Shown here one piece after another: positions 25,608-36,353 of a DNA stretch of 64,000 nucleotides. Under the pieces are notes generated by a model. The model saw nothing but the letters and a program-made list of their open reading frames with translations, was not told the origin of the DNA and ran no database searches. Every line of letters starts with the position of its first letter. Position 1 is the first letter of the stretch. The position numbers and the translations under genes are program-made. Where the stretch lies: contig ML978132.1 of NCBI GenBank assembly GCA_010015805.1, positions 372,001 to 436,000 on the forward strand, in the 5' to 3' direction. This DNA comes from Rhizodiscina lignyota. Taxonomy: Eukaryota.

Positions 25608-26693
25608 TCACCGAAGCTCCAGTCCGCCACTGGATGTCTGCTGGCTCCCATCCAGCTCCGAGGCGAGTAATCTCGAGTCTGTCGCCGTAAATATATTCCG
25701 ATTGTGAGTCCCCGCCGGTACAGCTGGCCCGTTGTAATACTGGATCATCCCCTGGTTCTCGGGCTCTACCAGCTGCGGTCGCCGTCTCCATCGGAAGACA
25801 GCCCAAATGGCAGAGGCTATGAGAGCTAGCCCCGCTAGTGATACGCCGACGCCGATTCCGGCTTGGGCGCCTGTAGATAGAGACTCGTGCGTTGATGCTG
25901 TGGGGGATGCGGATGCGGATGCGGATGAGGATGTTGACGATGTAGATGCGGATGTTGATAATGCGGATGTTGATGATGCGGATGTTGATGATGCGGATGT
26001 TGATGTTGAGGATGTTGATGACGCGGATCCGGATGCGGATGTTGATGATGTGGATGGAGTCACAGTAGCGGAAACGGTTTTGGCTGGTCTGGGGGTTTGT
26101 GACGAGACGGTGCTCTTTGATGAGACGGTAGACATAGTGGTATGGGGTAGGCGCGAAGAAGACGTCGTTGACGTAGTCGTAGAAGAGGACGTGGTAGTTG
26201 CGGGCAAGACCTTTAGGTCGCTAGACGCATATTCTATGTATATGCCATGCATTGCAACTAGCTGGCCACTGCTAGCCACCATAGGTCCATCTGGGAGTTG
26301 TAGTACCATTGGGTCTGAGAGCGCTGTAGAGCATCCAAGTCCCCCGTCAAGAGTTTGCCATGCTCTATTAAAATAAATTAGCTCCTGACGACGTTCGGAT
26401 CGGATCGGATCGCCTTACCCTGGGCAACAGAGCACTCCAGTAGCACCCGGATTGATGGATGTAGTCCTTGTTGCCGCCGAAACGTATCCCCAGGGACAAA
26501 CGCCAGGCGAGTATGGCGTAGCGACGGTAAATTGGGCGTGGTAGTTTGGGGGATAACACTCAGTAGACTGAATGTTTACATCCTTCACCAATATTGAAGA
26601 TTGGCCATTTCCGTATGTTGAGGCCGCTGTAGACCAGGTATAATCGTAATTGAAGCACGACGAAGGTGGCGTGAAGATTGTAGTTAATGCCAT
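25608..26693 (-). CDS. Cys-patterned, Ser/Thr-rich single-pass membrane protein (Mid2/WSC-like architecture)
   Basis: LTTIFTPPSSC..CYPP..YSPGVCPWGY..CCP, intron 26365-26418, S/T stalk, TM segment GAQAGIGVGVSLAGLALI..RWRRR, tail with ELDG. Confidence 0.8.
25906..26050. repeat. Coding low-complexity repeat (GATGCG/GATGTT units) encoding the Ser/Thr/Ala stalk
   Basis: Iterated gatgcggatgttgat units inside the membrane-protein CDS. Confidence 0.8.
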
Positions 26694-28979
26694 AGTAAAC
26701 CGAGTTTAAGGCAAAATTAATTCACTGACATGGACAATTGCAAAAAAATTAGGGAAACCTCATGAGGTCTGCCTACTGATAGTATAAGTGCCTACAGAGT
26801 GGGTGGGTGGATTGCATATTTCTCGCAAGGCTGGATTGAGGCGGAGCGAACCATGCTGCCCATGGGGAGGCACCAGAAAGGCAATGAATATGCAAGCTTG
26901 ACAACGAGGCTGCAGCCGTGCCGCAATTTATATTGGAAATATGCAAGATAAAGCCACGGTTTGGGTTACATCCTGTGCTATCGATCGCAGGAAGACATAT
27001 GTTCGCCTCAGGCTGTAGGTTGTCCACCAGCGGTAGATAGGGATGAAATACGAGCAAGCCAATGCCATGGAGAGACTGAAGTACGTATCACACTATCATG
27101 GTGAATACTGACGCAATGCAAAGCGTTCCAGCATGATTATTTTTGGATACAAGAAAAGCGTATCGCAGTTGTCGTCTTCTTGTGAAATCTAGGAGCCTTT
27201 ATGAAGTCAGTCGGTTATATTTCGGAGAAGCCGCTCGATGGGAGTCTTCCCTCCCTGCCTCCCCTACCCGTCTCATTCTTTCAATTCACTCACTACATCT
27301 TTCAGGAAGTCGGTATTACCGTCATAAACCAGTTGAGCCCAAGTGAATCCGGGAATCGGTCTCACAATGACATTCTCTCCAAACTCGAATTTTGAATCTG
27401 CATGATCTGAAACCCAGTCGGAAGCATTGGAGGGGGCTGAGTCCTCTGCCGCAACCCTCCTGCAGGTGCACGTTTATCGAAGCAAACGCGATATGCTGCA
27501 GGTCTTGACGAATTCGTGTCCCTACTACAGTTTCCAATTGTATTACTTAGGAGAATTACATGGATGTATGAAGCGTTCTCTCTGTTTGTACAGTTGGTAA
27601 AGACAGGCGACTTAATTGGTATGTGTAGCTCAACCTGAGCCGTTATTTCCTGAGAGCGGGATTCCGCAAGGTGGACTCGCTCTTACTGTGGATGTATGCT
27701 TCTTAACCTCTTCCAATGTTCAATCCTCTCCATTGAGTCATCTAAAGAAGCCAGGACCTTCCAGTATGCCGTGCCTGCAAGGAGTTTCAGCGCCACCATT
27801 ATTCCACAGTGCAGTAGCAATGATAAACACCATCAATGCAACGAAGCATTGGCTACTTATCTAAGGCATGCTCAATAGCATCTCAGTCATCGCCCCCAGC
27901 CATGGCGTTGGCAGAATCATCTGGATACAAAAGCAGTTCGTCATAGTCTGCTAGACTTGGGCCCCAGAGCTATACTTGCGCCCGGGCAGTTACCTGGACA
28001 TTTAGTTCACCCGGATATCCACAGCTGTCAAATCAGTTCTGATGGGTCGGCGAAAGAGAAGGCCTTTAAACATCATAAACTGATGTGAGATATAGGCAAT
28101 CGAGCTAGCTGGATGAGCTGCCGCTCCAGTTGTTACTATTTCTCAAGTCTTTGGCTAGAGATGATAGAATAAGTGCGGCCCGAGCCCACAGGGTATCTCA
28201 GTGGGCATGCGAGGGCATCGCTAGAGACATGCCTTGAGTTGGTGTCGTGTTTCAAGCGGTCGTGTGATGACTGTGGAAAAGGGATGATGAAAGGCCAGCC
28301 TGAACTTAGAGCAATAGTACGATCACGGCGGAAGAAAGATGACCAGACTCGGAGTTGCACTTCAAACGCTCGTGCGAGCACCGCGGAAGAAGGATGACTG
28401 AAGTTAAAATTGTGCTCGTGCTATTAGTACGAGGTAGACGGAAGAAAGGCCATAAGCGTCGAGGAGAAAGGGGGCAAACTTAAAGTCTCAGCGATGAGTT
28501 CGTCATGGAGTGTATCATGAAATTAGTTGCCTGGCAGTGGGTACGACTAAGCTATACACGCAAATCTTTCTTCATTCGGGATGTCGGCCGTTGTTGTCGT
28601 TGGCAAACTTCGTACACATCCTTGGCGAGTTGGTCGCCTATGATACTGTCAAAGGTGTGCCAAGCCTCTGGCGGCGCTCGCACCACAGCCCACTTCAAGG
28701 CGCTGCCCCTCCAAGCACCTCCAACAATAAACATTCCTCTTGCACTGTCGACCTCATACGTCACCTCCACCTACAACCACTTGATTCCTTATCTTGTAAG
28801 TTGGCGCCTTGATTAGTCACCTACGTCCTGCATGACACAGTTGCGCACAGCCTTATTCCGCTGACGACTTCGAGGGGCTGACCGAGTTTTTGATAGCGTG
28901 CTGCCTTGACCTGACACATTGAAAAGTGCGAATAGCACCTTTTCTTCGAGCGAATTTCCCGCGCACATAATCTACGATC

Positions 28980-29775
28980 ATGGTAAGTAGTTCAGCAAAT
29001 ACATTGAGAGAATCTGCATGCTAACGACTCCTTTGCAGGCTCAATCAGGGTATGTAAACACTCATTATCTTGCGCAACTGCGCGACATCAACAGAGCCTC
29101 GCAGCACACCGCATGCTCCAATCGATCCTCTCTCGAACCCTATTCTCGCATGTGTCGCAGCCCACAATTGTCGCCTACCCTTTCGCAGTGATTTACTAAC
29201 TAGAATCGTCTTTCAATAGTGTCTCCGTGGCCCCCGAGTGCATCCAGGCCTTCAACGAGCTGAAGCTGGGGAAGGAAATAAAATGGATCATCTACAAGAT
29301 TAGCGACGACTGGAAGGAGATTGTCGTCGAGGAGTCGAGCAAGGAGGCCGACTTCGGTGTCTTCCGCCAGAAGCTGCTCGACGCGAAGAGCAAGGATCGC
29401 AAGGGCAAGGAAGGCATCGGCGGCCGCTATGCGGTGTACGACGTTGAGTATGACACTGATGGAGAAGGAAAGAGGTTCGTCACATCTCGTAAAGGGTCTC
29501 AAGCAAGACTAGACTGGAAACTGATGCAATGCAGGAGCAAGATCACATTCATCTCATGGGTACCTGATGATGCGCCGCAATACGTGAGTCTTTTGTTCCA
29601 CGCCCCTATCTCTTGTTCTTCACAACGCTAACTGAGTCAGCCCCGCATGATGTACTCGTCCTCCAAGGAAGCCATCAAGCGCGCCCTGAACGGCCTGGCT
29701 GCCGACATCCAGGCCAACGATGCCGATGACATTGAGCACGACACCATCATCCAGAAGGTCTCCAGGGGACGCTAA
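28980..29775 (+). CDS. COF1: Cofilin / actin-depolymerizing factor
   Basis: M|AQSG|VSVAPECIQAFNELKL..RYAVYDVEY..R|SKITFISWVPDDAPQY|PRMMYSSSKEAIKRAL. Five exons, including an ATG-only exon and an 11-nt microexon. Confidence 0.95.
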
Positions 29776-30265
29776 ATCAGTCAAGCACAACCTTTACTGA
29801 TGTTGCACGACTGCAGCCGTAGCGGCTATGCACATATTGGTCGGTCATGGAGAGCAGAGGCGTGCTCATGACCTGAATGGACTAGCAGATGAGGCATGAC
29901 GTTTAAGCAGGTTGGGAGTTGTAAGCGATGGGTTTGGCAGATGGGTCGGATAGATACATTGGACCTGAAATTTCATTTGTATCATTCACCTCGAAAGAAT
30001 ACGAGCAGGCCTTCGCCCGATACCTACTATTTGCGCGATTTGACATTCAAGTGCATCGGTATTTGTGCCCTTTAACTGAGAACGATCCACTTCATTTCAC
30101 GAATGTGCATGTAATAAGCTGCAGAATGATCTCGTGGGTACTATTTGGATTCATAGACACGGTCGTACCCTCATGGACCATGTCTCAATGCTACCTGCTG
30201 GCAATGAACAGCAAAATTTTGTTCCACGACAAACTCCCCGAGCCCTGTGATGAAAAGACAAGAAT

Positions 30266-30970
30266 CTAGACGATCGACAGCTTCGTGGCCGCGATATCCA
30301 GAGCATCGACGTCCGGTGTGAGCCTAGCGAAGGCCTTCTTCGTGCCGTCGGGGCTGCCCTATAGTTAGCGCATGGTCCTCAGGCAACAAGTCTGCAGTCT
30401 CTTCATACCGGATGAGTGTATTGACCTTGATGCAATCAACGTCGTACAGCTTCTTGATCGCCTCCTTAATCTGCCTCTTGTTCGCCTTGACGTCCACGAT
30501 GAACACGAGCGTGTTGTTCTCCTCAATCTTCTTCATCGCGCTCTCCGTGTTCAGCGGGTGGACGATGATCTTGTGCTGGTCGAGGCGCGGCTCATGGTTG
30601 ACGGCCTTGCGCGGGTACTTGGGCGCGCGCGAGAGCTGCAGCGTCTTCGGGCGGTGGAAGGTCGTGGATGTCCGCACCTTGCGCACCTTGTGCGAGTTGA
30701 CCTATATTGAACATAGGCCGTCAGCGATGCGGTTGCTGACACGCCTCTGGTAAGGTGAAGGTGCTTGAACGTACGCCTTTGAGCGTAGCCTTCGCGGCGG
30801 CGGAGGCCTTGCCGGCTGGCTTGCTGCCCTTTTTGGCGCCTGTGTGGGAGAGATATGTTAGCAGCAGTTTCAACGGGAGAAGTGGGATTGGTATGTATTG
30901 CTGATAGCTAAATCATTGCGGCGAGCTTTAAAGATGTTGCCATACCCTTCTTGTCTGTTTTCGGTGCCAT
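30266..30970 (-). CDS. RPL25: 60S ribosomal protein uL23 (L25/L23a)
   Basis: [45 protein letters not shown]..|[22 protein letters not shown]. Four exons. Confidence 0.97.
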
Positions 30971-31180
30971 TGCTGGATGTGTGTGATGTAGATGTCGTTC
31001 AAGAAGAATTTGAAGGTGTGAATTTTGGATATGGTTGATGGAGAGTGCGAAGCGAGACGCTAGTGCCAAAAGAGGTATAGTCATTTTTTTTATCCGAACA
31101 TCAATCCTTATGTCTCAAGCGACTCGTCTAAAAACATTCAACCACAGTTCGATCATGTTTCTCAAGTCCATTTCGCATCA

Positions 31181-32047
31181 ATGGCAGTCAAGAGGCGGAA
31201 GAGGAAGCCTGGTAGTCTCTCTCACGGAAGGCCTGCGACGCTGAAGAAACCAACGCCATCGCTTTCCGCTAAAGCGACGAGAACATTAATTAGAAGCCAC
31301 CATCGGCTTGAAAAGGCTCTTACAAAGGCCGAAAAAGAAGGAGATGCTGAAGCGATTGCCCAGATACGGAAGCAGATTTCGGACCAAGGAGGCTTGGAGA
31401 GTTATCAGCAAGCTAGCATCACTGGCCAGTCTACGGAGCGCGGTGGAGACTCCTCTAAGGTCTTGCTCGAATGGCTCGAGCCGCATCTGAAGGATGCAAG
31501 AGCAGCACGTAAAGCTAGAAAAGTAACGGTCCTGGAAGTCGGCGCACTTTCAATTGAGAATGCGATTTCGCAATCTGCCCATTTCGAAGTCACCAGGATC
31601 GACTTGAACTCGCAGCACCCGCAGATCAAGAAGCAAGATTTCATGGAGAGGCATATCCCAACGAAAGACGAGGACAAGTTTGACGTCTTGTCCCTTTCGC
31701 TCGTACTCAATTATGTCCCAGATGCCGGGGGCAGAGGGAAGATGCTCGCTCGTACAACTCCGTTCCTCAGGATTTTACCGAAGCCCGAGAGTCAGGGCCT
31801 CTTTCCATCTTTGTTTCTTGTCCTACCAGCGCCATGTATGACCAACTCGCGCTACATGAATGAAGAGGTCTTGGGCGACATGATGAAGAGTCTGGGGTAC
31901 ATATTGCAGAAGCGGAAGCTCTCCTCAAAGCTGGTATACTATCTCTGGGTGTATGAGGCAACAAGCCCAAGACCGGCTACTGTTCATTTTCCAAAGAAGG
32001 AAGTGAATCCAGGGAAGACCCGGAATAACTTTTGTATCACTCTGTGA
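31181..32047 (+). CDS. BMT2: 25S rRNA adenine-N1 methyltransferase Bmt2
   Basis: GGLESYQQAS..RGGDSSK, VLEVGALS, RIDLNSQ..QDFMER, LSLSLVLNYVPD..RG, NSRY, RNNFCI. Confidence 0.9.
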   Translation: MAVKRRKRKPGSLSHGRPATLKKPTPSLSAKATRTLIRSHHRLEKALTKAEKEGDAEAIAQIRKQISDQGGLESYQQASITGQSTERGGDSSKVLLEWLEPHLKDARAARKARKVTVLEVGALSIENAISQSAHFEVTRIDLNSQHPQIKKQDFMERHIPTKDEDKFDVLSLSLVLNYVPDAGGRGKMLARTTPFLRILPKPESQGLFPSLFLVLPAPCMTNSRYMNEEVLGDMMKSLGYILQKRKLSSKLVYYLWVYEATSPRPATVHFPKKEVNPGKTRNNFCITL

Positions 32048-32181
32048 TGGTCGCTTTCTACATGCTTCATGGCTTCTAAGATCCAGTGATCTTCCGCAGT
32101 TTAGATACCCCTTAAGCAATCAAGACCAATAGCATTTCGTAGAATCCAATGATCAAACTCATACGGCTCCCACTTTTTGCA

Positions 32182-33447
32182 CTATACCGCCGTATCAACT
32201 TGCATCTCCCAGCTCCCCAACCACCGCCACGTCCTGGCGACACCCTGCAAATCCCTGAGTGCAGCATTGACACTTCCCCTGCCATGTCGCTCTCTCTTTC
32301 CCACCATCTCCACAAAGAACAGATAATTCCACGGTTCAACCAAACTCGGCCGCGTATTAATGCTCGTGAGATTCAGTCCATGATCGCCAAAAACCCCCAA
32401 CCCCTTCGCCAGTGCGCCGGGCGAGGTATGCGGGATTGTGAACGAAATAAGCGTCTTGAATGTCGGCTGAGAGAAAGGATTTCCCGAGGCGTAGTCAGAA
32501 GGCATAGTAGCAGATGTGAGGATCGGTTCCTCCTCCTGTGAGGTCGGTGATATGGCGGCGTTCAGGGGAGATTCAATCGGGTCTTCTGGCTCCTCTTTCT
32601 TCAGCATGAAGAAGCGCGTCATGTTGCCGCTCTCATCTTGGATGCCGTACGCCAGGATGTCTAGTCCGAATACTTGCGCTGCCGTCTCGCTCGATATCGC
32701 CGCGCTCTCACCGATCATGGTGGTAGAGTAGGCGTCACCACTATCAGGTCCCAGTTGAGTAATGTCGCTTCCACTGGTGAAGTGCTCGTCGCATGGGTTC
32801 TCTTGCGCGACTATCTCGGCGGCTTTCGAAGTAGATGAGACATCCTGCCTTTCCACGCCCTTGAGGTGCTCCGAGAGAAACAGCTCGCACTGGCCCCAGG
32901 CTTGCGGGTGAGAGTACAGCTTCTTAATCCTGTGCTTGATCTTCTTGAACCGCTCCAGATCGTCTCCTGGCCGTGAAGGTTGATCAGGTGAGGGTCTGAG
33001 CTCCTTTGGTAGTCGTCCAACTAGACAGTGCCGCACATCAACATACGCCTCGCCGCAGACCAGCACGTCTTTCAACTCCTTCTTCCGGTCTGCCAGGAGG
33101 TCTAGCGTCATAACAACGCTGCCGTTCGTCGAGTTCTCGAATGGCACAACACCGCGCCATACTGCCCCAGATTGCGCGGCCTGAAAGATGTCTGCGATTG
33201 TGGTGTACGGAACGAGCTCGTGAGTTGCGGCTGGGAAGCTTTCGAGCGCAGCCTAGAGCGCATATGATCAGTACTGTTTTGCGGGGAAGTTTATGGTCTC
33301 ATCAAAGTTGATTATAATTCATGTCGCGCAATTCAGAAGCACGTGTCCCCCTAAAATAAGGGTAGCCAAGTACGAATGATAGTAGTTACGCACTTGATGA
33401 GTATAGGAAGCGACAGGACCGAGGAACGCGACCTTTGGCCTCTCCAT
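32182..33447 (-). CDS. PHA2: Prephenate dehydratase
   Basis: VAFLGPVASYTHQ, VVPFENSTNGSV, YSHPQAWGQC, NMTRF and ACT domain LNLTSINTRP. One intron near the 5' end. Confidence 0.93.
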
Positions 33448-33993
33448 TGTCAATTCGATTGGAAGAGAAAGCCTTCGAATTTTGAGAAGATTTGTTACGT
33501 GTAATTTCAAAGGTGTTTACGCCGCGTCAAGCCTCCAAATAAAATATTGAAAGGCGCGATGAGGGTTAGGGTTGCGGAACCAATGAGAACCCGACGTTGG
33601 GCGACGGCATTTATGGAGCCTCTGAGCTCCTTAAGAGGAATAAGCTGGAAGTAGCAAAGTGTTGCGGATTGCTGGGGTTTCAAGGGATTACAACTTCTAC
33701 AAGGCAGTTCTATAATGCCGTGAGGCATAAGAGCATATGTGATTCTAGTTCAACCTAATTCAACTAATCCCCATTGCTGTTTCACTCAGATCCCCTCTCG
33801 TCTCATCACCAAATGAGTGACTTGGCGCAGAAACATTGCAAAAGCATGCAACTAAACGATTGACTAGGTGCTAAAGATGACTTCCTCTTTGGCCACGGTT
33901 TCACATCGGAAGGGATGTACATGTATCCATTGTTTCTCGCCAACCTTGTGTGAAGCTCCATGACCACTGCCCAACTCATTCAGCAACGCAATT

Positions 33994-34047
33994 CTGTTTA
34001 CATTATCAGCAAATGGCAAAGAGAGGGCTTGAAGAATTACCACTTAC
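33994..34047 (-). other. Predicted 54-nt spliceosomal intron in the eRF1 3' UTR
   Basis: Minus-strand GTAAGT donor at 34047, CTGAT branch site, CAG acceptor ending at 33994. Length is typical of introns in this window. Confidence 0.75.
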
Positions 34048-34085
34048 TAGTGATAACTCCCGTGAGAGCATTTGTCGTTGTTCGC

Positions 34086-34238
34086 TTAGAGCTTTGCCAT
34101 TCCGGCGGCGGGACGTTGCATGTCCTGGACCGCTGGTGCCTGAGCGCTTTCGGAGCGCCCCTCGCGAGGTGCCGTCAGAGACGTGGCCGGAAGGGTCTCT
34201 GGAAGGCTTGCCTCGCCCATTGCGAGGTTACTAAACCG
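34086..34238 (-). other. In-frame readthrough extension of eRF1 (50 codons + TAA)
   Basis: After TGA-CGG the frame reads RFSNLAMGEASLPETLPATSLTAPREGRSESAQAPAVQDMQRPAAGMAKL*. Confidence 0.6.
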
Positions 34239-35658
34239 TCAATCGTCGTAGAATTCATCCTCGTCGTCATAGTCAGCGAGCTGTTCAAAGTTGACCTTGT
34301 AACGAAGGATAGCTCCGATGCCACCGAAACCCTTCACGAACTGATTGCCCTCGCTAGAGCGGTCGGAAACAAACTCTAGAGTAGCGCCAAAGTCGCGGTA
34401 CTTCTCCGCCAGCCATTCGAGGAAGGACTGCTGGTCAACGACTTCCATTTCCTGGCCGGTGGTCTTGTCCATGAAAAGCTCGCGGTTCTCTTCCTGAAGC
34501 TTTGTCGTGTGAACGATAACTTCAGCACCCTCAGATGACTTGAGTGTCCAGCGAGTGATCTCCAGATTTTCGTAAACGATCAGGGTCTCTGCAGCACCAA
34601 GCTCAAGAGCCTTGAGGGTATCTTCAACACCATAGCAGACTTTGCCCGTATCCTGGCTAATTTCGTCAAAGTAGCGGTTGATCAGCTTCTTCTCCTGGAT
34701 GAACTTGACGTTGCTGAGCGTCTCGGCAGACAATTCAATGGCCTGATTGAAGCCGTTCTCACCACCATACGAGACATCCACCACCTTGATGACCTTTGTC
34801 TGTAGACGCTGGTCGAACATGTCGGACTGGTTAAGATCGTTCTTGAAATCCGCAGAACCAGCGAGAATAAGACCAGCCACGTTCACCTTGTCGTTGCTGA
34901 TGAAATTCTGGACTGCCAATTCTGCAACTTTGCGGACATAGTTGTGGCGTTTCTCCTCACGTAGACGTGCAAAACGCAAGGCAGATTGACCACCACGACC
35001 GTGCTTCTTTGGCAGATCGACAGAGAACTTGTGAATGACATCACGAGTGTTGCCGCTGAGAGTGCCGAAAAGAGCACCGTTGCCATCCATGATGATGAAG
35101 CCAAATTTCTGGTCAGATTCCAGCAGCTCGCTCAAGGCCTCCGTGTGAAACTTGTTGTCGCACAAGTACAAGGAGGTGTTGATGGGCTTGAACGGCTCGA
35201 AGTCGATGTTAATCTTCCTCTCTTTGCCCTCTGACGTGATAATTTCACCGCAGTATACGACGAGGCCATTTGGCGGGACCTTGGAATAGAGCTTCAGGCG
35301 CTGCTGGGTGGAGGTAATCGCAGACAACACAGAGAGGCGATTGACGCGGGACTTGATGTTGGAGGCCGTACCCTGCGAATCTTAATTTTAGTAAAACGTG
35401 GTCGACACAGGGCGTGAAGGAACATACGAATTCTTCAGCCAACATCTTCGCTGCTCGCGAGACTTGGTCCTTAGGGGCTACAATCGGGAATCAGCCTCCA
35501 ACCCAGTGGCGCATTTCTGACCGCAGCGGGGCCTTACGAATGATGAGCGAAATCATGCTGGTGCCATTTCCACGCGCCGCTTCAAGGCGCTTGATCAGCT
35601 TCTTCACCTTCCATATCTCGATGTTCTTGTCGGCGTCGTTTGCGTTGGGTGCAGACAT
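34239..35658 (-). CDS. SUP45: Eukaryotic peptide chain release factor 1
   Basis: [15 protein letters not shown] and KKHGRGGQS motifs. Two introns near the 5' end. Confidence 0.98.
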
Positions 35659-36353
35659 GCTGGCCGAATTTCTTAGGCGAAGTGGGCGCGATGGCGATGA
35701 AAGAGTTTAACTGGTAGTTGTCCGTGTGTGGCACACGGAGTAGAAGATGTCGGTCGTTCGCCGGCGATGGGCAGGAGATGGAGAGCGCAATCACGCGCCG
35801 GCGTACTTATGTTGTGGTGTCGAATGCTGGGGTTGGATGCGTTGGCGGTCGACGGTGTTTTTTCAAAATTGTTCGCAGCGCAGGCTCCCACCTGGGTCCA
35901 AGCCAAATTGGGCCACTGCGACTGACTAAAGAGGGACCTGCGCTAGCGACGAAAGAGGGAAAGCCCGGCGAATGATAAAGAGGGCAGGGAAGGCACGAAG
36001 CATGGCATGACCCTTAGACGATGACGACCGTAGACCTATCACAGTGCCCGAAAATGTTCCTTCCGCCCTCCTCTACACTTTCTTTCCTCTTTCCACTCTT
36101 GTGTCCTATCAATTGATGTCATAAGCACGTTGCCATGGAGGCTCTATGATGAGAATATTTTGCCTCCACCCCAGGCTGTCCGTTTACCGTCTCCGCGTAT
36201 AACCGCTATCAAGATTTGACACGGGACCTGGTGCAGTAGCTCCCGTGCCTTGTCCTCCCCGGAATTATTTACCTGCTCTTTCCCCACTCTAAGCTTTCGT
36301 CCCTTATCTCTCATTTATTCGTCTACTCTTGCTGTGCTTGTTCGAGGAACTCA

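Noticed and set aside
25807..26376. 189-aa Asp/Val/Ala-repeat ORF on the + strand
   Set aside because: Antisense reading of the Ser/Thr stalk of the membrane protein.
27100..27900. Weak F-box-like fragment (FLDTRKAYRSCRLL) among short ORFs
   Set aside because: Too short and degenerate to support; no coherent gene model.
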